A stretch of DNA of 64,000 nucleotides. Origin: Vicinamibacterales bacterium (GTDB lineage: Bacteria; Acidobacteriota; Vicinamibacteria; Vicinamibacterales; 2-12-FULL-66-21). Shown one piece after another: positions 56,716 through 64,000 of the stretch. The notes beneath the pieces were generated by a model that saw nothing but the letters and a program-made list of their open reading frames with translations, did no database searches and was not told where the DNA came from. The stretch lies in assembly GCA_036556425.1 (NCBI GenBank), contig DATBJJ010000025.1, positions 10,717 to 74,716 on the forward strand. Direction: 5' to 3'. Position 1 is the stretch's first letter, and every line of letters starts with the position of its first letter. The position numbers were made by a program, and so were the translations under genes.

Positions 56716-58017
56716 TTGAACCGACTGAGATCGCTAGCCACCATCACGCTCATCGTGTGGGCCGCCGGCTGTGCGCCGCAGCCGGTGGCGACGCCGTCGG
56801 CCCGCGGCGCGGCGGACGAGCGCTTCCTCGAAGATCTCTCCAGCCGGACGTTCGCGTTCTTCTGGGAGCAGGCCGATCCCAGAACCGGCCTCATTCGCGA
56901 CCGATCGCGGACCGACGGCGGGCCGGCGAACGAGAACGCGAAGAACGTCGGAAGCATTGCGGCCGTCGGCTTCGGTTTGACGGGACTCTGCATCGCGGCG
57001 GAGCGCGGATGGCACCCGCGCGCCAATGCGATCGAGCGCGCGCGGACGACGCTGCGCTGGTTCGCCGAGCGCATGCCGCACGAGCACGGGTGGTTCTATC
57101 ACTTCGTCGACGTCACGACCGGCGAACGGGAATGGCGGAGCGAATTGTCGTCGATCGACACGGCGCTCCTCCTCGGCGGAGTCCTGACGGTCCGCCGCTG
57201 CTTCGCGGGCGATCCCGACGTCGTCCGCTACGCCGACGCGATCTACAGGCGCGTGGACTTTCGATGGATGCTCGCGGGACATCCCTCGCTCCTCTCGCAC
57301 GGATGGAGGCCCGAATCCGGATTCCTTCCCTCGCGATGGGATCGCTACTGCGAGCTGATGCTCCTCTACCTGCTCGCGATCGGCTCGAAGACGCATCCGA
57401 TTCCCATCGAGTCGTGGCACGCGTGGAGCCGCCCGACGATGAACTTCGAGAGCTTCACCTATGTGTCCGGACCGGATCCGCTGTTCGTGCATCAGTATTC
57501 GCATGCATGGATTGACTTCCGCGGCCGCCGCGAGAAGATGCCTGACGGCGTCGACTGGTTTGCGAACTCTGTCGCGGCGACGCGCGCGCACAAGGCGTTC
57601 TGCTTGAGCTTGTCGCGCGAGTTCCCCGGCTACTCCGATCACGTGTGGGGCATCACGGCGTCCGACAGCAGAAAAGGCTACGTCGCGTGGGGCGGACCGC
57701 CCCGGCATGCGGCCATCGATGGATCGGTCGTACCGGCGGCGGCCGCGGGATCCTTGATGTTCGCGCCGGATATCACGCTGCCGGCGCTGCGCGAGATGCA
57801 TGCGCGCTTCGGCAGCCGCATATACGGCCGGTATGGATTCGCCGATGCCTTTCATCCAACGGACGGGTGGGTCAATCCGGATGTGATCGGGATCGACCTC
57901 GGCATCACGCTCCTGAGCGCGGAAAACCTGCGCTCCGGCCGTGTATGGGACTGGTTCATGCGCAACGAGAACATCGCCGCGGCGCTCGACGCGATCGCGC
58001 CAAAATCGCAGCGATAG
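56716..58017 (+). CDS. 'Glucoamylase family' lipoprotein, probable GH144 endo-beta-1,2-glucanase
   Basis: Lipobox AAGC; F.FFWE, SIAAVGFGL, HGWFYHF, ELSSIDTALL, HGWRPE, PLFVHQYSH, WGITASD, YGRYGF.DAF, GIDLG...EN.RSG..W. Confidence 0.85.
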   Translation: MNRLRSLATITLIVWAAGCAPQPVATPSARGAADERFLEDLSSRTFAFFWEQADPRTGLIRDRSRTDGGPANENAKNVGSIAAVGFGLTGLCIAAERGWHPRANAIERARTTLRWFAERMPHEHGWFYHFVDVTTGEREWRSELSSIDTALLLGGVLTVRRCFAGDPDVVRYADAIYRRVDFRWMLAGHPSLLSHGWRPESGFLPSRWDRYCELMLLYLLAIGSKTHPIPIESWHAWSRPTMNFESFTYVSGPDPLFVHQYSHAWIDFRGRREKMPDGVDWFANSVAATRAHKAFCLSLSREFPGYSDHVWGITASDSRKGYVAWGGPPRHAAIDGSVVPAAAAGSLMFAPDITLPALREMHARFGSRIYGRYGFADAFHPTDGWVNPDVIGIDLGITLLSAENLRSGRVWDWFMRNENIAAALDAIAPKSQR

Positions 58018-58031
58018 AGCTCGGCCTTGCC

Positions 58032-58047
58032 AGGCATCTCCGTTGCA
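58032..58047 (+). promoter_or_regulatory. Putative sigma54 (-24/-12) promoter
   Basis: AGGCATCTCCGTTGCA closely matches GGCAY-N5-TTGC, about 95 nt upstream of ATG 58141. Confidence 0.6.
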
Positions 58048-58140
58048 GGTCGATTCCGTATCCGGGACATCATGTTGAGCTTCGAACGGATCGATCTCTT
58101 CAACCAGGGGCACGACCGGACTTGCATGAAGGAGGCAGAA

Positions 58141-58785
58141 ATGTCGTCGCTATCCAAACTTCCACTCGCTCTCGCCTTTGCGGCCGCCGCGGCGGCGGCG
58201 GGCGCGATCGGCTCTGCGGCAACGCCGTTGAACGCGGCACTGTTCGCGGAACGATTCACCGCGTTCGCGGTCGACCTCGGCGTTCCGTCGGGCGGCATCG
58301 ACGTGCCGGCTCCGCCGGGAAAACGCGTCCCCGAATCGGGGAAGGCAGGCCCGGTGGAATTCGTGATCGATCGGTATTCGACCGACGAAGAGCGCGATCG
58401 GCTGTTGAAGGTGCTGGCCGACCAGGGACCGGACAAGCTCTTGAGCACGCTGCAATCGCTGCCGCGCATCGGCTACTTCCGTACGCCGAATGCCACCGCG
58501 TACGACTTGAAATTCGCGCGCAAGGTCCCCGGCGAAGACGGCGGCGAAGTGATCTCGATGGCAACCGATCGGTACATCGGCTTCTGGGAGGCGAGAAATC
58601 GCCCGCGCACCATCGACTATCCGTTCACGGTCGTCGAGGTCCGCATCGGGCCGGAGGGCACCGGCGAGGGCAAGATGTCGCTGGCGACGAAGGTCACTTA
58701 CGACAAGAAGAACAGGACGATCGTGCTCGAGAACTACAAGTCGCAGCCGGTCATGCTGAACAAGGTGAAGCGCGAGACCAGCTAG
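58141..58785 (+). CDS. Exported hypothetical protein
   Basis: AAGGAGG RBS, Ala-rich signal peptide, conserved-looking [28 protein letters not shown]...GEGKM. Confidence 0.8.
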   Translation: MSSLSKLPLALAFAAAAAAAGAIGSAATPLNAALFAERFTAFAVDLGVPSGGIDVPAPPGKRVPESGKAGPVEFVIDRYSTDEERDRLLKVLADQGPDKLLSTLQSLPRIGYFRTPNATAYDLKFARKVPGEDGGEVISMATDRYIGFWEARNRPRTIDYPFTVVEVRIGPEGTGEGKMSLATKVTYDKKNRTIVLENYKSQPVMLNKVKRETS

Positions 58786-58825
58786 TGAGGTTGACATTCG
58801 ACCCGAGGTGCGAGACGCTGAATCG

Positions 58826-59188
58826 ATGTCGATCCGAAAGCGAACCGATGGCGAATACAGCGCGCACCTTCAGGGCACGCTCGATCTCCTGATTCTGCGG
58901 ACGTTGATCTTCGGGAAGCAACACGGTCAGGGCATCGCGCGCGCGATCCAGACGCAGTCGGACAACGTCCTGATCGTGGAGCACGGGTCGCTCTACCCCG
59001 CCCTGCAGCGCCTCGAGGAGCGCGGGTTCATCGAGGCCGAGTGGGGGACGTCGGAGAACAACCGCAAGGCGCGCTTCTATTCGCTCACGAAGGCCGGACG
59101 CAAGGAGCTCGTGCGCGAGCACGGCGCGTGGAGCAAAGTCACGTCAGCGATCATGCGCGTGCTCGGCACCGAGCCCGGCACCGCGTGA
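58826..59188 (+). CDS. PadR family transcriptional regulator (acidobacterial type), no adjacent permease
   Basis: [45 protein letters not shown]; start codon uncertain. Confidence 0.92.
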   Translation: MSIRKRTDGEYSAHLQGTLDLLILRTLIFGKQHGQGIARAIQTQSDNVLIVEHGSLYPALQRLEERGFIEAEWGTSENNRKARFYSLTKAGRKELVREHGAWSKVTSAIMRVLGTEPGTA

Positions 59189-59587
59189 TCGCGGCGGCTC
59201 GATCGCCGACGGCGGCCGCAGCGCGGATTCCCAGCTGATCTCTGCGAGCGCGTTCGTTTGGAGCGGCTTCGGCGTTCCGAACGCCGTCCGCGGTGTCCGT
59301 CCGACATTGCGGCTGATAAACGCGCCCGCGAGTCCCCCAGCCGCCGCCCCCACAAGCGCCGTCGTCCACACTTTGCGGTCGCTGTCGGTCGCATCGTCGA
59401 ACGCATTGAGGCCGAGGAAGACGCCCGCGCCAAACCCCGCGGCCGCGCCGATGACCGTCCAGGCGATGCGCTTTCCCGACGAACGCGACGTCGACGGCTG
59501 CGCTTGCGATCGATTTTCGTCAGCCCACGCGGCCGTGGACGCGAACAAGAGTCCAATCAGTGCGATGGTGCACGCTTTTCGAAACAT
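59144..59587 (-). CDS. Small exported/membrane hypothetical protein with glycine-zipper helices
   Basis: GGAGG RBS, signal peptide ending [14 protein letters not shown] and [10 protein letters not shown] motifs; 3' end overlaps padR by 45 nt. Confidence 0.65.
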   Translation of the reverse strand: MFRKACTIALIGLLFASTAAWADENRSQAQPSTSRSSGKRIAWTVIGAAAGFGAGVFLGLNAFDDATDSDRKVWTTALVGAAAGGLAGAFISRNVGRTPRTAFGTPKPLQTNALAEISWESALRPPSAIEPPRSRGAGLGAEHAHDR

Positions 59588-59670
59588 GGAACCTCCGTCG
59601 TCTTCTGTTTCGTATTGCGCAAAGCGTAGCGACGCGGGCTCATCCGAACCCCGAACCCCGAGCTCCGGGT

Positions 59671-60477
59671 CTACGGTGTTCCCGCGAGAACGATATCGCC
59701 GGTCGGCTGCTGGACGCCGCCCGCCGGTTCGACCGACACGGCAACCGTGCCGACCTGCGCGGCGGTGGATGGATCGACGAGGACAATCGCGCGGCCGTCG
59801 GTTTCCAGATCGATCATTCCCGCGCTGACGGGGTTCTTGCCGGGCGGAATCACCCACAACTGATACTGTTTTCCTGGCGCGAGCGCCGGCAGATTCGTCG
59901 CCGTGAAGATCAACCCGCGCGACGGACTCCAATACGCCCGCCCCGCCGCCTGCGGCGCTGCCGCTTGTCCCGCCAGATCGATCCGGCGAACGTCCGCCGC
60001 GGCGAGAATCACCGACACGTGATTCGCGCGATCGGCGGACGCCCGCGCGATTTGGAGCTCGCGCTCGAATCTCGCGTTGACGTCGCGAAGCTGCGCCTGC
60101 AGCGTCTCGATCCGCTGGCGCAGCGTGAGCGTGTAGAGGCCGAGCGCCAGGGCGGCGATTGACGCCGCGACGGCGAGCCACGTGGCGATCGGCGCCGCAG
60201 CCCGAACGGCCTGCGCCGGCTTCGGCGAGTGAGCCGGCCTGGCTGGTTCATCGCGGACGGCATTCAACACGCGTCCGCGCAGCGCCGCCGGCGGATCGAC
60301 TTGCGGCACGGCGTGCGCGAGTCCGGCCGCCACGCGCGCGAGCTCGCGGACTTCGAGCGTGCACTCGCGGCACGTCGACAGATGCGCCTCGAGCGCGCGG
60401 CGCTCCTCGTCGCTCAATACGCCGAGCGCATAGCCGCCGGTGAGCTCTCGCAGCTCGTCGTGCGTCATGCTCGTCAT
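59671..60477 (-). CDS. Anti-sigma factor, RskA-type with N-terminal zinc-binding (ZAS) domain
   Basis: YALGVL, HLSTCREC (HxxxCxxC), one TM helix, YQLWVI, PVSAG, AVSVEPAGGVQQPTG; ATGA-coupled to the sigma gene. Confidence 0.92.
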   Translation of the reverse strand: MTSMTHDELRELTGGYALGVLSDEERRALEAHLSTCRECTLEVRELARVAAGLAHAVPQVDPPAALRGRVLNAVRDEPARPAHSPKPAQAVRAAAPIATWLAVAASIAALALGLYTLTLRQRIETLQAQLRDVNARFERELQIARASADRANHVSVILAAADVRRIDLAGQAAAPQAAGRAYWSPSRGLIFTATNLPALAPGKQYQLWVIPPGKNPVSAGMIDLETDGRAIVLVDPSTAAQVGTVAVSVEPAGGVQQPTGDIVLAGTP

Positions 60478-61064
60478 CTCGCCACCGCGGGGCCGGCTCC
60501 CCCGCCCAACGCCTCGCGCAGCTTGAGCAGTCCCGATCGAATTCGCGTCTTGATCGTGCCGAGCGGCTGCTGCAGCCGCTCGGCGATGTCGCTCTGCGAC
60601 AGTCCCTCGTAATACGCCAGCTCGATCGCCTTCCGCTGCACGTCGGACAGCTCGCCCAGCGCGCCTCGCAGCTTGTCGGCCTGTTCCGCGGTGATGGCGA
60701 GCGATTCCTGGCTCGCCTCGGGATCGCGCGGATGCGGAATGCTCGAGTCGAGCTCGGTGGCGACGATGCGGGAGCGGCGGCGGCGGAGTCGATCGAGCGA
60801 TCGCGCCCTGGTCATGATCATGAGCCACGCGACGACCGGCGCCCGCGCCGCGTCGTAGCGCGTCGCCTGCCGCCAGGCCTGCGTGAACACGTCCTGGACG
60901 ACGTCCTCCGCTTCCGCCGCGTCGGCAAGCATGCGCACGGCCAGCGAGTAGATCGCGCGCGCGTGGCGATCGTACAGGTCGCTCAACGCGGAGGTGTCCC
61001 CTCTCGCCATGCGATCGACCGTCGCGCGGTCGGCGTCGTAGGTCGCTGTGTGCGCGCCTGCCAC
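60474..61064 (-). CDS. ECF RNA polymerase sigma factor, SigK-like
   Basis: LYDRH, AEDVVQDVF..AW, WL..TR.R.LD.LR, LAYYEGLSQSDIA, PLGTIKTRIRSGL.KLR. Confidence 0.95.
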   Translation of the reverse strand: MAGAHTATYDADRATVDRMARGDTSALSDLYDRHARAIYSLAVRMLADAAEAEDVVQDVFTQAWRQATRYDAARAPVVAWLMIMTRARSLDRLRRRRSRIVATELDSSIPHPRDPEASQESLAITAEQADKLRGALGELSDVQRKAIELAYYEGLSQSDIAERLQQPLGTIKTRIRSGLLKLREALGGGAGPAVAR

Positions 61065-61116
61065 GTGTTCAAGAGTCCCGGGTCGCCAACGGGAAGATCC
61101 CGGGTGACATAGTTAC

Positions 61117-61140
61117 TACGCTCGAGCCGAGCGTTTGGAT
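61117..61140 (-). promoter_or_regulatory. Putative ECF-type autoregulatory promoter
   Basis: Minus strand ATCC-N16-CGTA about 50 nt upstream of the sigma start. Confidence 0.5.
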
Positions 61141-61176
61141 TGTATCTTCGCTCGAGGCCTCACGATACACTCAACT

Positions 61177-61860
61177 GTGCTCAAGACTGAGCTGCACGCG
61201 CACACCGACGCGGATCCTGCCGATCTCATCGACCACAGTATTCAGGACCTGATCGATCGCGCGGTCGCGCTCGGGTACGGCGCGCTGGCGGTCACGCTCC
61301 ACGATCGCTATTTCGATCCAGCGCCCTACGACGCGTACGCCAAGGAACGCGGGTTGGTGCTCATCGCGGGCATCGAGCGCACGATTCAGCGCCGCCACGT
61401 GCTGCTGATCAATTTTCCGCCGGCGAGTGCCGACGTTCGCGGGTTCGATGACGTGGCGTCGCTGAAGAGCACGCACGCGCACGGGCTCGTCGTCGCGCCG
61501 CACCCGTTTTATCCGACGCCGAGCGCGCTCGGCCGATTGGCCGACCGCAACGCAGCGCTCATCGACGCCGTCGAGATCAACGCGATGTACACGCGATACC
61601 TCGACTTCAACCGCCGCGCGATCCGGTGGGCGCACGCCCATGGCAAGCCGCTCGTCGGCAACACCGATCTGCATCTGCTCGCGCAGATGGGAACGACGTA
61701 CTCGCTCGTCGACGCGGCGCCCAACGCGGACGCCGTCTGCGACGCCATTCGCGCGGGACGCGTCTCCGTTCGAACGGAGCCGCTCTCGACGGTCAGCGCC
61801 GCGACGCTCTTCACGGCGATGTGCTGGGGCGGCCTGAAAGGACGGCTCGGCCGTCGTTGA
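61177..61860 (+). CDS. PHP domain-containing phosphoesterase
   Basis: LKTELHAHT, AVTLHD, GIE, HVL, APHPF, AVEIN, GNTDLH; GTG start 61177. Confidence 0.9.
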   Translation: MLKTELHAHTDADPADLIDHSIQDLIDRAVALGYGALAVTLHDRYFDPAPYDAYAKERGLVLIAGIERTIQRRHVLLINFPPASADVRGFDDVASLKSTHAHGLVVAPHPFYPTPSALGRLADRNAALIDAVEINAMYTRYLDFNRRAIRWAHAHGKPLVGNTDLHLLAQMGTTYSLVDAAPNADAVCDAIRAGRVSVRTEPLSTVSAATLFTAMCWGGLKGRLGRR

Positions 61861-61906
61861 CTCGACCGCACCGCTCGCTTACAGTGCGGGAAGGAGGAGT
61901 CTTTCC

Positions 61907-64000
61907 ATGAATTCCAGCGCCGGTTTCTGCAGACGTCTGTCCGCGTGCGCGCTCGGCGTCTGGCTCGCCGTCGTTGCGGCGGCGCCGGCGCGCGCGCAGA
62001 GCACGACCGGATCGATCGAGGGCACGATCGTGGATCAGTCCGGCGCGTTGATGCCTGGCGTCACCGTGACCGCGACGCAGTCCGCGACCGGCACGACACG
62101 AACGGTCGTCACCGACGAGAACGGCGTGTTCCGGATTCCGCTGTTGCCGGTCGGCGTCTACGACGTCGCGGCCGAGCTCGCCGGGTTCACGTCGCGCAAG
62201 CTGCCGGAAATCACGCTGACCATCGGCCAGACCGTCACGCTGCGCGTGCAGATGGCGGTCTCCGGCGTGGCGGAAACCGTCAACGTCTCGGGCGGCACGC
62301 CGGTCATCGAGACGAGCCGCACGCAAGTGAGCTCGACGATCACCGAAGCATCCGTGCAGAATCTTCCGGTCAACGGCCGCAACTTCATCGACTTCGCGCT
62401 GCTGACGCCGGGCGTCACGCGCGACGTGCGCACCGGCGACATCAGCTTTGCCGGCCAGCGCGGCACGCTGAACAGTCTCGTCGTCGACGGCGCGGACAAC
62501 AACAACACGTTCTTCGGACAGACGCTCGGACGCACCGGCTCGGCGCGCGCGCCGTATCAGTTCAGCCAGGACGCGGTGAAGGAATTCCAGGTCAACTCGA
62601 ACGCCTTCTCCGCCGAGTACGGCCGCGCCGGCGGCGCGGTGATCAACGTCGTCACGAAGTCCGGCACGAACGAGCTGCGAGGATCGATCTTCGAGTTCTA
62701 CCGCGACAAGGCGCTGAACGCGAACAACGCGATCAACGTGCTCAACAATCGTCCCAAATCGCCCTATCACTACCACCAGTTCGGCGGAACGCTCGGCGGA
62801 CCGATCCGACGGAACCGCGATTTCTACTTCTTCAATTACGACGGTCAGCGGAACACGCAGCCGAACATCGTGTTCCTCAATCTTCCGTCGAATCTCGTGC
62901 TGACGCCGGCGACGAGCGCCGGCATCGACCGGCTGCGGCCGCTCGCCGACAGTTGGAATCGCAAGCTCGATCAGGACGTCTTCCTGATCAAGACCGATCA
63001 CGCGCTGAACGATCGCAACCGGATCACGCTGCGCTACAACCATCAGAATTTCACCGGCGAGGGGTTCGAGGCGGGCGGCAACCAGAACGCGCTCGAGCAC
63101 AGCGGCGCGTCGCTCGTGCGAACGCGCACGTTCAACGCGAGCTGGACGAACGTGATCGGGCTGTCGCTCTTCAACGAGCTGAAGTTCCAGGCCGCCAAAG
63201 ACAACGAGCCCGGCCTCGCGAACTCGTCGAATCCCGAAGCGGTCGTGCAGGAAGCCGGCGCGACCGTGCTGACGATCGGCCGCAACAACTTCAGCCCGCG
63301 CGAAACGACGATCCGGCGCACGCAGATCGCCAACACGACGACGTGGCTGCGCCCGCAGCACAAGCTCAGGGGCGGATTCGATTTCCAATTCGACAACATC
63401 TACAACCTGTTCCCCGGGTTCTTCAGCGGGTCGTACACGTTCCGCAGCCTGGCGTCGTTCGCCGGCGGCCGTCCCAACGGCGCGAACGAGAGCTACCAGC
63501 AGAACTTCCAGGGACCGGGCACGACGGGACCGGAAACGCGGCCGAACGTGCGCGAGTACTCGCTCTTCGTGCAGGACGAGTGGACGCCCAGGCGCGACGT
63601 GACGGTCAACCTCGGGCTTCGCTACGATCTGATGAAGACCGACGCGCCGCCCGTGCGGAACCCCGACACGCAGCTGGCCGCGGCGGACGTCGACACGAGC
63701 CGGCTCGATGCCGACACGAACAATTGGGGGCCGCGCCTCGGCCTGGCGTGGAGCCCAACGGGCCGCCGATATGTGGTTCGCGGCGGTTGGGGACTCTTCT
63801 ACGGGCGGACGCCGTCGATCATGCTCGGCACGGCGCACTCGAACAACGGCGTGAACATCGTGTCGCTCACGTTCACGGGCGATGCGGTCCCGACGTACCC
63901 GCAGAACTTCTCCAGCATTCCCAACCTCGGCACGCCCGCGCGCCCGAGCATCTTCTACGTCGACAAGGATTTTGCGAACTCGCGCCTGATGCAGGCGAAC
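61907..64000 (+). CDS. TonB-dependent receptor, Oar-like, 3'-truncated by window edge (absent from ORF track)
   Basis: AAGGAGGAG RBS, ATG 61907; translates MNSSAGF...AQSTTGSIEGTIVDQSGALMPGVTV, LPVNGRNFIDF, FSAEYGRAGGAVINVVTKSGTN, FVQDEW. Confidence 0.93.
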   Translation, partial: MNSSAGFCRRLSACALGVWLAVVAAAPARAQSTTGSIEGTIVDQSGALMPGVTVTATQSATGTTRTVVTDENGVFRIPLLPVGVYDVAAELAGFTSRKLPEITLTIGQTVTLRVQMAVSGVAETVNVSGGTPVIETSRTQVSSTITEASVQNLPVNGRNFIDFALLTPGVTRDVRTGDISFAGQRGTLNSLVVDGADNNNTFFGQTLGRTGSARAPYQFSQDAVKEFQVNSNAFSAEYGRAGGAVINVVTKSGTNELRGSIFEFYRDKALNANNAINVLNNRPKSPYHYHQFGGTLGGPIRRNRDFYFFNYDGQRNTQPNIVFLNLPSNLVLTPATSAGIDRLRPLADSWNRKLDQDVFLIKTDHALNDRNRITLRYNHQNFTGEGFEAGGNQNALEHSGASLVRTRTFNASWTNVIGLSLFNELKFQAAKDNEPGLANSSNPEAVVQEAGATVLTIGRNNFSPRETTIRRTQIANTTTWLRPQHKLRGGFDFQFDNIYNLFPGFFSGSYTFRSLASFAGGRPNGANESYQQNFQGPGTTGPETRPNVREYSLFVQDEWTPRRDVTVNLGLRYDLMKTDAPPVRNPDTQLAAADVDTSRLDADTNNWGPRLGLAWSPTGRRYVVRGGWGLFYGRTPSIMLGTAHSNNGVNIVSLTFTGDAVPTYPQNFSSIPNLGTPARPSIFYVDKDFANSRLMQAN

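Noticed and set aside
58108-58126. Second sigma54-like GGCACG...TTGCA
   Set aside because: GG-to-GC spacing is not 10 nt.
8982-63838. Very long antisense or alternate-frame ORFs (e.g. 8982..12479+, 28152..31208-, 15025..17331+, 61811..63838-)
   Set aside because: They shadow well-supported genes, are Arg/Ala-rich without motifs, and are expected from stop-codon scarcity at high GC.
1-64000. Mobile elements, prophage, defence systems, tRNA/rRNA
   Set aside because: No transposase, integrase, phage, nuclease or RNA-gene signatures recognised; composition looks uniform by eye.

Overview
High-GC, gene-dense bacterial chromosome segment. Its gene content points to Acidobacteriota, probably Vicinamibacteria/subdivision 6 (inference): six Oar-like TonB-dependent receptors, four 'duplicated orphan' MacB/FtsX-type ABC permeases with no ATPase gene in the window, and two acidobacterial PadR regulators. 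About 38 CDSs are supported, mostly exported hydrolases/oxidoreductases, sugar-catabolism genes (a probable 3-ketoglycoside pathway and a probable beta-1,2-glucan locus), a stand-alone RseP protease and an ECF sigma/anti-sigma pair. I saw no rRNA, tRNA, CRISPR array, transposase or phage gene. The most unexplained structure is non-coding or regulatory: (i) a roughly 200-nt structured leader with a strong RBS, a 9-codon ORF and an intrinsic terminator directly in front of rseP; (ii) a set of intergenic elements built from 7-, 8- or 11-nt tandem units, usually as long inverted arms, one of which keeps pairing only through G-U wobbles; (iii) a putative autoregulated leaderless operon of coiled-coil/winged-helix protein, isoaspartyl-methyltransferase homolog and orphan permease. 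All product calls come from motif recognition by eye; no database search was run.
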